Virus record (IMG/VR): IMGVR_UViG_3300025018_000290
Location: 1 to 38,051 of that record
Origin: a virus
Lineage: Duplodnaviria > Caudoviricetes
Direction: 5' to 3' (one strand)
Length of the DNA stretch: 38,051 nt
The notes under the pieces were generated by a model. It saw only the letters and a list, made by a program, of their open reading frames with translations. It had not been told where the DNA came from and did not search any database. Shown one piece after another: positions 1 through 9,071 of the stretch. Made by a program: the position numbers and the translations under genes. The first letter of the stretch is position 1, and each line of letters begins with the position of its first letter.

Positions 1-696
1 GCAAAAGCTGTTGCTTTAAATAGTTTCTTTGGCTCAATAGTTAATGATATAGAGAAAACAAATGCTACTTTAATTTTCACAAATAAAATGTATCAAAAAC
101 TTGACGGATCTTTTGATCCTTATGTTATCTCTGGTGGAGAGAGCGTTATTTATAATCCATCAATAACTCTAAGGCTTGCTACAACAGCAGAAACTGATGA
201 TATGACAGACGCTGAAATGAAGCTAGAAAAAGAACAAAGAAAATCTTCTTTAGGTGCTTCAATAAAAACATTGAAGGCTATTGTTTCAAAATCTAGATTT
301 GGGACAGAAGGAAGAAACGCTCAATTCATTATTGACTTTAGCTCTGGTCCTTTTAGATACTCAGGATTATTTAAGCTTCTTGTAGATTTCGGTGTAATCC
401 AAAAAGTTGGAGCATCAGCAAGATATGTTCTGCCAGAATTGTTTGGAGACACTTCTTTCTTTAAAAAAGATTTTATTCAAATGATGATAGACACCGGAGA
501 AGAAGGAATTGATAAGCTTCAAAAAGCTCTAGAAAGTTCAGAAGAAAGAATGAGGGAAGATAGAAAGAAATATCAATACTCTTCTGATATTGAAGAGGTT
601 GCAGAGGTGTATCAACAAGAACACGAAGAAGCAGTTTTTGATAACCAAGAACTCGTAAATTCAATGACGCAAGAAGAAGAAGATAGCGTTTTATAA
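1..696 (+). CDS. uvsX: RecA/UvsX-like recombinase, 3' part (truncated by the window edge)
   Basis: Frame is open from base 1 (AKAVALNSFFGSIVNDIEKTNATLIFTNKMY...SGGESVIY..SITLRL...KSRF), matching the RecA/UvsX core; acidic C-terminal tail. Confidence 0.85.
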   Translation, partial: AKAVALNSFFGSIVNDIEKTNATLIFTNKMYQKLDGSFDPYVISGGESVIYNPSITLRLATTAETDDMTDAEMKLEKEQRKSSLGASIKTLKAIVSKSRFGTEGRNAQFIIDFSSGPFRYSGLFKLLVDFGVIQKVGASARYVLPELFGDTSFFKKDFIQMMIDTGEEGIDKLQKALESSEERMREDRKKYQYSSDIEEVAEVYQQEHEEAVFDNQELVNSMTQEEEDSVL

Positions 697-708
697 GGGA
701 GATAATTA

Positions 709-1128
709 ATGAAAAACGTTCTAAAGAATGTTAAGGTTTCTGGAGAATTTGTTCTTCTGCAAGCTTATCAGATTAAGTCTGAAGACTTTGAAAAAGTAGG
801 TTCTATTTTCTTGGCTAAGACAGCTGAAGAAAAGCTTCATCAAAAAGAGTATGTTTATGTAGTAAAGGACTTTGGACCTCTTTTTAAGAAAGAGTATTAT
901 CCAGATATTGAAGTTGGAAAACTTGTAATCTTTTCTACTGGTATGGCTAAAAATCTTCCACAAGGTAAAGGAACTGGACAATTCTACATCGCAGCTATTC
1001 ACCCAAAAGATATTTTCCTAGTTTCTGAATGGAGCGAAGAAGATAATGGCCCAGAACCAAAGAACTTAAGAATTCAAGGAATAACTCCACCGGAGGTAGA
1101 AGATAAAGAAGATGAAAAAACTGATTGA
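709..1128 (+). CDS. GroES/T4 gp31-like co-chaperonin
   Basis: V.GEFVLL...VGSIFLA...VVKDFGP...DIEVGKLVIFS...IHPKDIF follows the GroES/gp31 strand pattern; SD GGGAG upstream. Confidence 0.65.
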   Translation: MKNVLKNVKVSGEFVLLQAYQIKSEDFEKVGSIFLAKTAEEKLHQKEYVYVVKDFGPLFKKEYYPDIEVGKLVIFSTGMAKNLPQGKGTGQFYIAAIHPKDIFLVSEWSEEDNGPEPKNLRIQGITPPEVEDKEDEKTD

Positions 1129-1705
1129 AAGAATTTTAAATAAACAATCAGGAAATATTGTGATAACCTATGACGGCTATAAAAAGTCGTCATATATGGA
1201 TAGAACTGTATCTGATGAAAACGGAAATATAGAAAATATTCTTTCTAAAAAAGAAGATCTTTATTTAATAAATAAAGAAATTTCAGAAGAAGAGATGATG
1301 GGAGAAATTGTTAAAATTTCTTTCGATCTAAGAAAGAATAATAAAAAAATATTTATTGTATTTGATCCATTTTTAGGATCAAATATTAAAAAAGATAGAA
1401 TAAATATTTTACAAAAATTTAAGTTCTTTTATGAAAGACTTTCTCACGAAATTGATAATTTAGAAAAGAATAAAAATTTTATTTTTAAAATATTAGGAAA
1501 GACAAACTTTGATTTAGAAGTTCTTTTAAAGAACAGTCTTAACGATTTTTATACATCTGTATATTTTAAAGGAGATAAATTTAATTTAAAGAATTCTTTA
1601 ACTATTCGTGAAACCATTGGATTAGATTTTGATGCTTATAGCAACATGCCAAAAGATTTTGTCTTTTCTAAAGAAGAAAAGGAGTTTGTTGCAAAAAATT
1701 TTTAG
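1112..1705 (+). CDS. hypothetical protein
   Basis: 197-aa ORF, SD GGAGG upstream, operon-like overlap. Confidence 0.6.
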   Translation: MKKLIERILNKQSGNIVITYDGYKKSSYMDRTVSDENGNIENILSKKEDLYLINKEISEEEMMGEIVKISFDLRKNNKKIFIVFDPFLGSNIKKDRINILQKFKFFYERLSHEIDNLEKNKNFIFKILGKTNFDLEVLLKNSLNDFYTSVYFKGDKFNLKNSLTIRETIGLDFDAYSNMPKDFVFSKEEKEFVAKNF

Positions 1706-1709
1706 TTAT

Positions 1710-1720
1710 CGTAAATTAAT
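1710..1720 (+). promoter_or_regulatory. putative late-promoter motif variant (CGTAAATTAAT), TTAA 4 nt before the UvsW ATG
   Basis: Resembles the GTAAAnTTAA motif with the same TTAA-N4-ATG spacing as at 26359 and 34041; no SD visible. Confidence 0.35.
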
Positions 1721-1723
1721 TTT

Positions 1724-3145
1724 ATGCTAGAAATTTTTTTAACAGATTCAAGTTTACTCTTTAGAACAGAAGATTTAAATGTATTAAAAGGAATTAAACT
1801 TTTATTCACATTTAGTGATGCTTCTAAGGCTATATCTAAATTTGGTTTTAATAAAAATAAAATTAAAAAAATCTGCTTTATGAAGTCTGTAGAAAAAAAC
1901 TTATGGAAACTACCATCGGGTTTTTCTGCAGACTTTTTTAATTTCTTAAAACAATACTCAATACCATTTAAAATAGTTCTTGATAAAAGAAAAGAAATTC
2001 AATATATAAAAGAAGAAATATTAGAAGAAAAAATCTCGGAATATTTTCCTTTTAATTATAACGACCATCAAATAAGAGCTACTAAAAAAATTCTTAAAGC
2101 AAGAAGAGGAATAATAGTCGCTCCAACTTCTGCTGGAAAAGGAGATATAATTGCAACTTATATGAATTTAACCAAATCAAATACATTGGTATTAGTTAAT
2201 CAAATAATGCTTGCTATGCAATTATATTCTAGGTTTGTAGAAGCTGGTGTTGATTGTGGAATCCATACATCTGATAGAAAAGAGTTCTCAGAAAAAAATA
2301 TGGTTGCGACTATTGGATCTATAAACTCTTTAGACGTAAAAAAATTTCAAACATTGATAATAGACGAAGTTCATACCGCAAGCTCTCAACAATTTCAAGA
2401 TTTCTTAGACGCTAACTCATTTCCTATACAATTAGGTTTCTCTGCTACCCCAGACAAAGGCGACAAATACAAATTTGCTTTGATAAGACAATATTTTGGA
2501 AATCCTATAGAAAAAATTTTCTTAGATGAATTGAAAGACAATAATGTAATAGCAAAGCCTTACATTTTCTTTATAAAAAACGAAAATGAAAATACGATAG
2601 ATTGGCCAAGTGCATTGGTAAATTGTTTAATAAAAAATGAAGATAGAAATAATAAAATATGCGAAATAGTTTCTAATACTAATAGACAATCTGCTATATT
2701 GATAACGGATACTATGTATGGTCACGGAGAATTGTTAAAAAAACAAATTCAAGAAAAATCTGGAAAGAAAGTTGTATTCTTGACAGGAGACAGCAACTCA
2801 AAAGATAGAATGAGTGCTATTGATGAATATGAAAAAGGAAACATTGATTGTATTATAGGAACCTCTATTTTAAATCAAGGAATATCAATTAAGAGTATTG
2901 AGCTTTTAATAAATGCTTCTGGAGGAAAAAGTAATTCTGCAAATCTTCAAAAACTAGGAAGAAGTATAAGAAGCAAAGAAGGTAAAAAAAATGCTGTAAT
3001 TATTGATTTTACAGACGAAGGAAATGTTTTTACACAAAAGCATTCAGTTAAAAGAAGAAAAATTTATACAGACGAAGGCTACAGCGATATACAAACTGTT
3101 AACCTAGATGAGTTATTCGAAAAAATAGAACAACTTAATGATTGA
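1724..3145 (+). CDS. uvsW: UvsW-like SF2 DNA helicase
   Basis: Walker A APTSAGKG, DEVH, SAT, motif VI QKLGRSIR; T4-like context. Confidence 0.85.
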   Translation: MLEIFLTDSSLLFRTEDLNVLKGIKLLFTFSDASKAISKFGFNKNKIKKICFMKSVEKNLWKLPSGFSADFFNFLKQYSIPFKIVLDKRKEIQYIKEEILEEKISEYFPFNYNDHQIRATKKILKARRGIIVAPTSAGKGDIIATYMNLTKSNTLVLVNQIMLAMQLYSRFVEAGVDCGIHTSDRKEFSEKNMVATIGSINSLDVKKFQTLIIDEVHTASSQQFQDFLDANSFPIQLGFSATPDKGDKYKFALIRQYFGNPIEKIFLDELKDNNVIAKPYIFFIKNENENTIDWPSALVNCLIKNEDRNNKICEIVSNTNRQSAILITDTMYGHGELLKKQIQEKSGKKVVFLTGDSNSKDRMSAIDEYEKGNIDCIIGTSILNQGISIKSIELLINASGGKSNSANLQKLGRSIRSKEGKKNAVIIDFTDEGNVFTQKHSVKRRKIYTDEGYSDIQTVNLDELFEKIEQLND

Positions 3146-3150
3146 AAAAA

Positions 3151-3160
3151 GTAAAGATAA
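3151..3160 (+). promoter_or_regulatory. putative late promoter GTAAAGATAA
   Basis: Intergenic copy of the recurring motif, 27 nt before the ATG at 3188. Confidence 0.55.
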
Positions 3161-3187
3161 TTAAAATTTGTTTTATAAAGGCAAAAG

Positions 3188-5089
3188 ATGAAACTCACAG
3201 ATATAATTTTCGAAGAACTAAAAACAGAAGAACAGCCAACAAAAACCTCTTTAAATGAGGGGGTTCTTCCTTTATCTCCTCTACTCGCTTTTCTTTCTTT
3301 AAAAAAGAAGTTCTTTAAAGAAGCAAAAGAAAAAAAGAATTTTATTAAAATAATAAAAGATGAAACAACTAAGTTGAGAGCTGGAGCTATAACAGCAAAA
3401 GAAAAAATAGCCGCAAAGACCGGCGGGAAGAGTATGATCGGCGATGACAAGGATGCAACTGTTTATAGTTTTACTGGAGAGCAGTTGGAATTTCTTGCAG
3501 ACTTTCAAGAAAAGTATGGCAAAGAGTTAATAAAAGAAATACAAGATTTTAGATCAAATATACTAGCTCCTTACCAAGTAATCAAAAGAGCTGTAAAAAA
3601 GTATGGAAGAGCAACTGACGCAGAAAGAGTTGGAATGTCTCATAGAGAATTCCAAGAAGCACTTGAATCTGGAAGAAGAAAAATTGAAAGAATGGGAGAA
3701 GGGTATTATAAGAAAAATACTGAGTATCACAGTTCTTTAAAAGATATTGATGAAGTTCTTGAAGATCTGAAAAGTGTAAGAGAAGCTCTCAAAGGAGAGA
3801 AGCCTCTTGAAAAACAAAAAATAAGTGATATACAAAATAATTATTATTTTAGAAAAGAAGTTGGAAGAAGTTCTGAAGATTATAATGGAGTTCCATTAGA
3901 AAAACTTCAAAGAGCTTATGAGGAACTTAGAAGAAGCTACCAAAAACTAGAAGATGAACCAACTTCTGCTGAAGTCAGAAGAACTGTTGGAAGAAACATA
4001 GAGTTAAGAAAGCATGGTGGCGCACCAACAAGAGAAGAAAGAGAATTTCTTCAAAGAGACGATAAGTTCTCAGAAGCACTTGCTCTTTACTCTTTTAGAA
4101 GATTGAAAGATGATAAAGATATTAAGTCAGCTGGCGGTAACAAGGTTATAGTCTCAGGAGAGCTTAAAGGATTATTTAGTAGAATAGTTGATGTTTTGAT
4201 AAGTAATCAAACTGAAAGAAGAAAAGATTATTTTTCTTCTTTTGCAAAGCACAGAGAAAGAGTTCAATTTACCGAAAATGAAAAGAAAATTTGGAAACTT
4301 AGACCAACCGGAAGGCAATTCTCTTCTGATTTAAATGATTACTATCAGGCAATAAAAGAAGATGACTTCAAGGGAGTTGTCAACATAAAGAAAAACGATA
4401 AGGTAATTCAAGCAGAGAAAGAAGTAGAAAAACAAGTTAAAAGATTTGAGAGAGACATTGCCAAAAAAATAGACGCCGAAGACTTTAAAGAATTAAAAAG
4501 ACTTAGAGTTATCAATAATCTAATAACAGTCAAAGAACTTGAAGAACCACAAAACTTATTTAAGTCAGAAGATGAAATAGAAAAAGATGCACCAAAGGGA
4601 GAAAAAACCGAAGCTGACGAAAAAGAAGATGTATCTTTTGATGACTTTAGAGATTTCTTGGAAAAAGTTGCAACACAAAAATATGAAACTTTAGCATCTT
4701 TAAACAAAGATAAAGAAAAGCTTAGTAAAATGGAATCCTCTGTTGAAATGACAAAAACTCAAAAAAATAAGATTAATGATTTGTTATTTAAAACTAAGCA
4801 AAGAAAGAAGCTAGAAGCTCAGAAAATAAAAGATTATATTTCTGGATATGAATATGACGATTCTGATAAAATATTAGAAGTTCAAGATATTGAAAAGAAA
4901 GTTTATTCAATTCTAAATAGAAAATATTTTGATGCTAATACTTTAGCAAGAGACGTAGATTCTCTTAAAAATTTGTTAACTCAATACAAGTCCCAGAACC
5001 CAGATAAGTATGAAAAAGAATTAGATAGTATATCTTATTTGTTCAATGAGTTAGGAAAGAAGCACGGCTTTTATGTTAGGAGAGATTAG
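3188..5089 (+). CDS. charged 633-aa protein with capsid-targeting-like N-terminus (putative internal virion protein)
   Basis: Starts MKLTDIIFEE...SLNEG (I/L-x-E sites); late-type motif upstream; no catalytic motif recognised. Confidence 0.55.
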   Translation: MKLTDIIFEELKTEEQPTKTSLNEGVLPLSPLLAFLSLKKKFFKEAKEKKNFIKIIKDETTKLRAGAITAKEKIAAKTGGKSMIGDDKDATVYSFTGEQLEFLADFQEKYGKELIKEIQDFRSNILAPYQVIKRAVKKYGRATDAERVGMSHREFQEALESGRRKIERMGEGYYKKNTEYHSSLKDIDEVLEDLKSVREALKGEKPLEKQKISDIQNNYYFRKEVGRSSEDYNGVPLEKLQRAYEELRRSYQKLEDEPTSAEVRRTVGRNIELRKHGGAPTREEREFLQRDDKFSEALALYSFRRLKDDKDIKSAGGNKVIVSGELKGLFSRIVDVLISNQTERRKDYFSSFAKHRERVQFTENEKKIWKLRPTGRQFSSDLNDYYQAIKEDDFKGVVNIKKNDKVIQAEKEVEKQVKRFERDIAKKIDAEDFKELKRLRVINNLITVKELEEPQNLFKSEDEIEKDAPKGEKTEADEKEDVSFDDFRDFLEKVATQKYETLASLNKDKEKLSKMESSVEMTKTQKNKINDLLFKTKQRKKLEAQKIKDYISGYEYDDSDKILEVQDIEKKVYSILNRKYFDANTLARDVDSLKNLLTQYKSQNPDKYEKELDSISYLFNELGKKHGFYVRRD

Positions 5090-5091
5090 AA

Positions 5092-5868
5092 ATGCAGCCT
5101 AATATTGTAGGAAATTTCTATACAGATAGATTTAACCAAATACCCAAGCAACAAGAAGTTAAAATAGTTGTATCTCCTGCAGATGTTAATCTTAATTTTT
5201 TCAATGCAAGGACAATGGGGAAATCCTATAAAATAGAATTTATTGTAAATCTTTATGGCCCAAAGTATATAAATTATAATGTTAGGAATTTAGATTTTAA
5301 TTCTTTAAAGCAATCAATATTGCAGAAAATTCCAACTCAGGATAAAGATTATTTAAAACTAGAAAAGTTCGATGATAGAAAAGCAGTTTTTACTTTTAAC
5401 GATGAAAAATGGTTTTCAGAAGCTGTAAGAAATATAAAAAAATCCTATATTCCTGGAGCTTTTAATTCTAAGTTTAAGTTTAATAAGCAAATACCAAGAG
5501 TAATAGCTTACGATATAATAAGAAGCGGATTTAATGCTTATATAACAAAAAAGTTTGAAGAGTATATGACAAGAAATAAAATAGCTCAAAAAAATTTGCT
5601 GTTTTCTATTATACCAAATAACTTAAAAGAAAAGTTTTCCGGTAAGCTTAATTCCCTTTTTACTTATTCATATAATTATTCTGAAAATGCTATTATAGCA
5701 GAGATGAAGACCGAGTATGTTTTGATGTTCTCTCTTGCTGTATCAGAAATGTCTAAAAACTCAAATAAAAGCATAGTAGGCATTAACTTTAATCAGAGAG
5801 TAAAAGGCAATATGTTAAAACCATTAGCTGGTAGTTTTGCAAGTAAAGGTATTCTTGGGGGTAGATAA
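5092..5868 (+). CDS. hypothetical protein
   Basis: 258-aa ORF, SD AGGAG, 2 nt after previous stop. Confidence 0.6.
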   Translation: MQPNIVGNFYTDRFNQIPKQQEVKIVVSPADVNLNFFNARTMGKSYKIEFIVNLYGPKYINYNVRNLDFNSLKQSILQKIPTQDKDYLKLEKFDDRKAVFTFNDEKWFSEAVRNIKKSYIPGAFNSKFKFNKQIPRVIAYDIIRSGFNAYITKKFEEYMTRNKIAQKNLLFSIIPNNLKEKFSGKLNSLFTYSYNYSENAIIAEMKTEYVLMFSLAVSEMSKNSNKSIVGINFNQRVKGNMLKPLAGSFASKGILGGR

Positions 5869-5874
5869 TAATCT

Positions 5875-6303
5875 ATGAATGAAAAAATTTCTTCTTTAGT
5901 GGCTGACTTTTTGGTTATGTATGTTAAGCTACACAATATTCACTGGCATACTAGGGGTCCTCATTTTTTTCAAGTTCATAAAATGACAGAAAATTTATAT
6001 GATGAATTCGCAGACTATTATGACGAGCTATCAGAAAGACTTATAGCTATTGGCGGAAAACCACCTGTAACTATGAAGGAATCTTTGTTGTTTTCTTCTA
6101 TAAAAGAAGACAGCAGAAGAATGTTTAGTTGCAAAGAAGGAATTGACGTAGTTTTAAAAGACGTAAATATATTAATAGAAAAAATTCAAGAAATTCTTAA
6201 AGAAAAAGTAGATTTTGTTACGGAGGATTTACTAATTAGTTTGTTGAAAAATTTTGAAAAAAATAAGTGGATCTTTGAATCTACTTTAGAAACTTTTCAA
6301 TAA
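5875..6303 (+). CDS. dps: Dps/ferritin-like DNA protection protein
   Basis: KLHNIHWH..GPHFFQVH..TE..YDE...DELSERL..IGG.P Dps ferroxidase signature. Confidence 0.9.
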   Translation: MNEKISSLVADFLVMYVKLHNIHWHTRGPHFFQVHKMTENLYDEFADYYDELSERLIAIGGKPPVTMKESLLFSSIKEDSRRMFSCKEGIDVVLKDVNILIEKIQEILKEKVDFVTEDLLISLLKNFEKNKWIFESTLETFQ

Positions 6304-6311
6304 AAAAAGTA

Positions 6312-6340
6312 TTGACATAAAAAATTTTATATACTATATT
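6312..6340 (+). promoter_or_regulatory. sigma70-type promoter TTGACA-N17-TATATT
   Basis: Consensus -35 with 17-bp spacer in the intergenic region before hsp20. Confidence 0.75.
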
Positions 6341-6406
6341 ATAAGAAAGATAAAGCCGCTTCGTAGAAGGGCATAAAAATAACGCTTCTTTATAGGAGGT
6401 TTGGAT

Positions 6407-6865
6407 ATGGTATATTATCCAAAAAACTATCTTTTTTTCGACGAACTCTTTAGAGATGTCGAAAGATTAATTTCTGGGACCGCAAGTGTCTCATACGAAT
6501 CCCCTGCTTTCCCAAAAGCAGATATAGAGGTGGATAGAGAAACTAATAATGTTATCTTCCATTTCGCAGTAGCTGGGTATAAGCCAGAGGATTTGGAAAT
6601 ATTGTTTGAGGACAATTCTCTTATTGTGAGAACAATAAAAGAATATGAAGTTCCTCAAAGAGACGAGGGAAAAATTTGCATCTCTTCAAAAATAAAGAGA
6701 TCAAAGTTTTCTGAGAGATACACTATTCCTTTCGACAAATACGATGTCGATAACGCTAAGGCTAGATTTGATAATGGAATACTATCTGTTGGTATACCTG
6801 CAAAAGAGGCTGCAAAGCCAAAACGACTAGAAATTCAGAAGGGTAATGTGAAACTTCTTAATTAA
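6407..6865 (+). CDS. small heat-shock protein Hsp20/IbpA
   Basis: FP.ADI...FAVAGY..EDLEI...ARFDNGILSV.IP alpha-crystallin motifs; ATG at 6407 follows SD AGGAGG (track start TTG 6401 is in frame). Confidence 0.9.
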   Translation: MVYYPKNYLFFDELFRDVERLISGTASVSYESPAFPKADIEVDRETNNVIFHFAVAGYKPEDLEILFEDNSLIVRTIKEYEVPQRDEGKICISSKIKRSKFSERYTIPFDKYDVDNAKARFDNGILSVGIPAKEAAKPKRLEIQKGNVKLLN

Positions 6866-6896
6866 AAAAAAAGGGCCACTTTTCAGTGGCCCTTTT
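6864..6896. terminator. bidirectional intrinsic terminator
   Basis: A-tract, GGGCCACT-TTTC-AGTGGCCC, T-tract, between convergent genes. Confidence 0.85.
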
Positions 6897-6913
6897 AAAT
6901 TTATACAAAAAAT

Positions 6914-7453
6914 TTACTGATCGTTAGGTCCAGTATCAGCAGTCTTGATTGCATAATCATATCGGAAAGTAGCAGAAATTTCAGAGATTGTATCATCTTC
7001 AGATGAAAGGTTTTCTCCAAAGGTTACAGTCATTGGCCAAACATGGAAAAGGTTCCATGATCTAAAAACTACACCCAAAGGATCTAGTTGAGCAATTGTT
7101 CCATTGGTTGTGTATTGTGATTTATACTTCATTTGACCAGTCAAAGGATTATAAATTTCACTTGCCCAAGTGTCAAGGATTTGCGCTGCAGAATTTTGTT
7201 CTATATAATCATAGAACGTAGCAGTTATTTGATTCCATTGAATTTTTCCAGCTGAATAAAACCACTCGTTTAGTCTCTGAGTGCTTCCTTCAGTGTAAGT
7301 CTTGTTTGGTAGAGTTACTGTTTTTGCTGCAAATGCTAAATCTTCAGTAAGTGTTGCGGCTCCACCAGGAATTGCTTCAAAAAGCATGATCCAACGGTTT
7401 CTTCTTACTGGTTCAACCGTAGAGCTCTTCGCCATTGAAATAGTTAAAGCCAT
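6914..7453 (-). CDS. tail tube protein (T4 gp19-like)
   Basis: EP.R.NRW...AGKIQWNQITATFYD...W...YNP.TG...W.LF.VWP..V.FG..LS....EI.ATFRYDYA. Confidence 0.8.
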   Translation of the reverse strand: MALTISMAKSSTVEPVRRNRWIMLFEAIPGGAATLTEDLAFAAKTVTLPNKTYTEGSTQRLNEWFYSAGKIQWNQITATFYDYIEQNSAAQILDTWASEIYNPLTGQMKYKSQYTTNGTIAQLDPLGVVFRSWNLFHVWPMTVTFGENLSSEDDTISEISATFRYDYAIKTADTGPNDQ

Positions 7454-7480
7454 TTTTTTCTCCTAAAAAATTGTTTATTT

Positions 7481-7490
7481 TTAACTTGCT
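7481..7490 (-). promoter_or_regulatory. putative late promoter variant AGCAAGTTAA
   Basis: Motif-like sequence 27 nt upstream of the tail tube start. Confidence 0.45.
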
Positions 7491-7536
7491 GTTAATGCGT
7501 ATATAAATGTATTAAACACTAATAGGATTTCATATT

Positions 7537-8058
7537 TTGTCCGATTTAACAAAAATTTGTAGAAAATGTAGCTTAGAAAAGAAAATAACCGAATTTCACA
7601 AGGACAATGAAAAGAAATTTGGTGTAAAAAATATATGCAAAAAATGTTATTCGACGAAAAAAAGAAAGTCAAATAATAAGCTAAAAAAGTTAATTTCAAG
7701 TTCTATGTATAAATCATTGAAAAGAAATAAAAACAATTACTCTTGGGAAAAAATAGTTGGATATACTTTAGATGATTTAAAAAAGCATCTTGAAGAAAAT
7801 TTTGAAGAAAATATGAATTGGGATAATTATGGAAAATACTGGGTTGTAGAGAAAATAATACCTATAAGTTTTTACTCCAATAACGAAATAGATAAGTGCT
7901 TCTCTTTAAGAAACATAAAACCAGAGATAAAAGAAAAAGTGTTGAGAAAAAAAATTTATGATATTAGAAAAGAGATTAAGGAAAAGCATTTGTTTGACAT
8001 TCTTCCATTAGGAAATGTTTCTTATCTTTTAGAGCTTCAGGAAAAGGAAAAGCAATGA
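7537..8058 (+). CDS. zinc-ribbon + degenerate HNH-family protein
   Basis: CRKC/CKKC ribbon and GYTLDDLKKHLE..F...MNWDNYG..W family signature, but the expected HIDH reads VVEK. Confidence 0.65.
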   Translation: MSDLTKICRKCSLEKKITEFHKDNEKKFGVKNICKKCYSTKKRKSNNKLKKLISSSMYKSLKRNKNNYSWEKIVGYTLDDLKKHLEENFEENMNWDNYGKYWVVEKIIPISFYSNNEIDKCFSLRNIKPEIKEKVLRKKIYDIRKEIKEKHLFDILPLGNVSYLLELQEKEKQ

Positions 8059-9062
8059 AATTAATTATAACAGGGGATCTTCATTCAAGGAAAGATGATT
8101 TATATTCTGAGTTTGCAATAAGCTATCTAGAGTTCTTATTTGAATATGCTAAAAAAAGTAAAATAGATACAATTGTTTTTGATGGAGATATTTTTGATAA
8201 GTCAACAAGAATTCACAATGAAACATTTATTCCCGTTTTTAAACTACTTTATGAAAATAAAGATAATTTTAGATTTTACTTTATTTTGGGAAACCATGAT
8301 ATTTATTCTATTGATAACGATTCCATAGTAGAAACTTTTGCACCAATAGGTCCTGTGATAAAAGAAAATCAGCAATTTGAAATAGGCGGAATTAAAATAG
8401 ACATGCTTGCGTATACGAAAAACACAAGCGATCTTATTTATTCCGAAAAAACAGGTGGAGATATTTTAATAACTCACTTGGCTATAGCAAATTTTTCTTT
8501 TGATAATTCTTATCATGTTAATGAGAAAATAGCATTTACTCCAGATTTATTCAGTGGATATAGAAAAGTTTTTTCTGGACATTTTCATAAATTTCAAGAG
8601 AACAAAAATATTGTCTATGTTGGCTCTCCTTTCCAACAAAACTTTGGAGAGACAGGGGAAGAAAAAGGATTTGTTGTTCTTGAAACAGATGACTTAAGCT
8701 GGACTTTTGAAAAATATAAGTTCGGTCCTGTTTATAAAAAAGAAAATATAGAAGATTTATTAACAAAAGAATATCCATCTAAGTATTTCTATAACACTTT
8801 TCTACAAGTAGAAATTAAACAGAAAGTAGATAATTTTGTAAAACTTAAGCACGTTCTTTATGAAAGAGGAGTTATTAAAATAGTTCCAAAGTTCATAAAA
8901 GAAGAGGTAGGAATAAACCACGAAGATGGAAAAGATGTAGAAATAAATCAAAGTTTAGAAAATATGGTTGTTTCTTTTATTAAAGAAAAAGTTTCCGAAG
9001 AAGGAATTGATAACGAGAAACTTATAAAAATATTTTCTACAGCATATAAGAATACTCTTTAA
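8055..9062 (+). CDS. Mre11/SbcD-like nuclease (T4 gp47-like)
   Basis: Metallophosphoesterase motifs GDLH, GDIFD, GNHD, TH, GHFH, YVGSP. Confidence 0.9.
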   Translation: MKLIITGDLHSRKDDLYSEFAISYLEFLFEYAKKSKIDTIVFDGDIFDKSTRIHNETFIPVFKLLYENKDNFRFYFILGNHDIYSIDNDSIVETFAPIGPVIKENQQFEIGGIKIDMLAYTKNTSDLIYSEKTGGDILITHLAIANFSFDNSYHVNEKIAFTPDLFSGYRKVFSGHFHKFQENKNIVYVGSPFQQNFGETGEEKGFVVLETDDLSWTFEKYKFGPVYKKENIEDLLTKEYPSKYFYNTFLQVEIKQKVDNFVKLKHVLYERGVIKIVPKFIKEEVGINHEDGKDVEINQSLENMVVSFIKEKVSEEGIDNEKLIKIFSTAYKNTL

Positions 9063-9071
9063 GGAAGTGTA

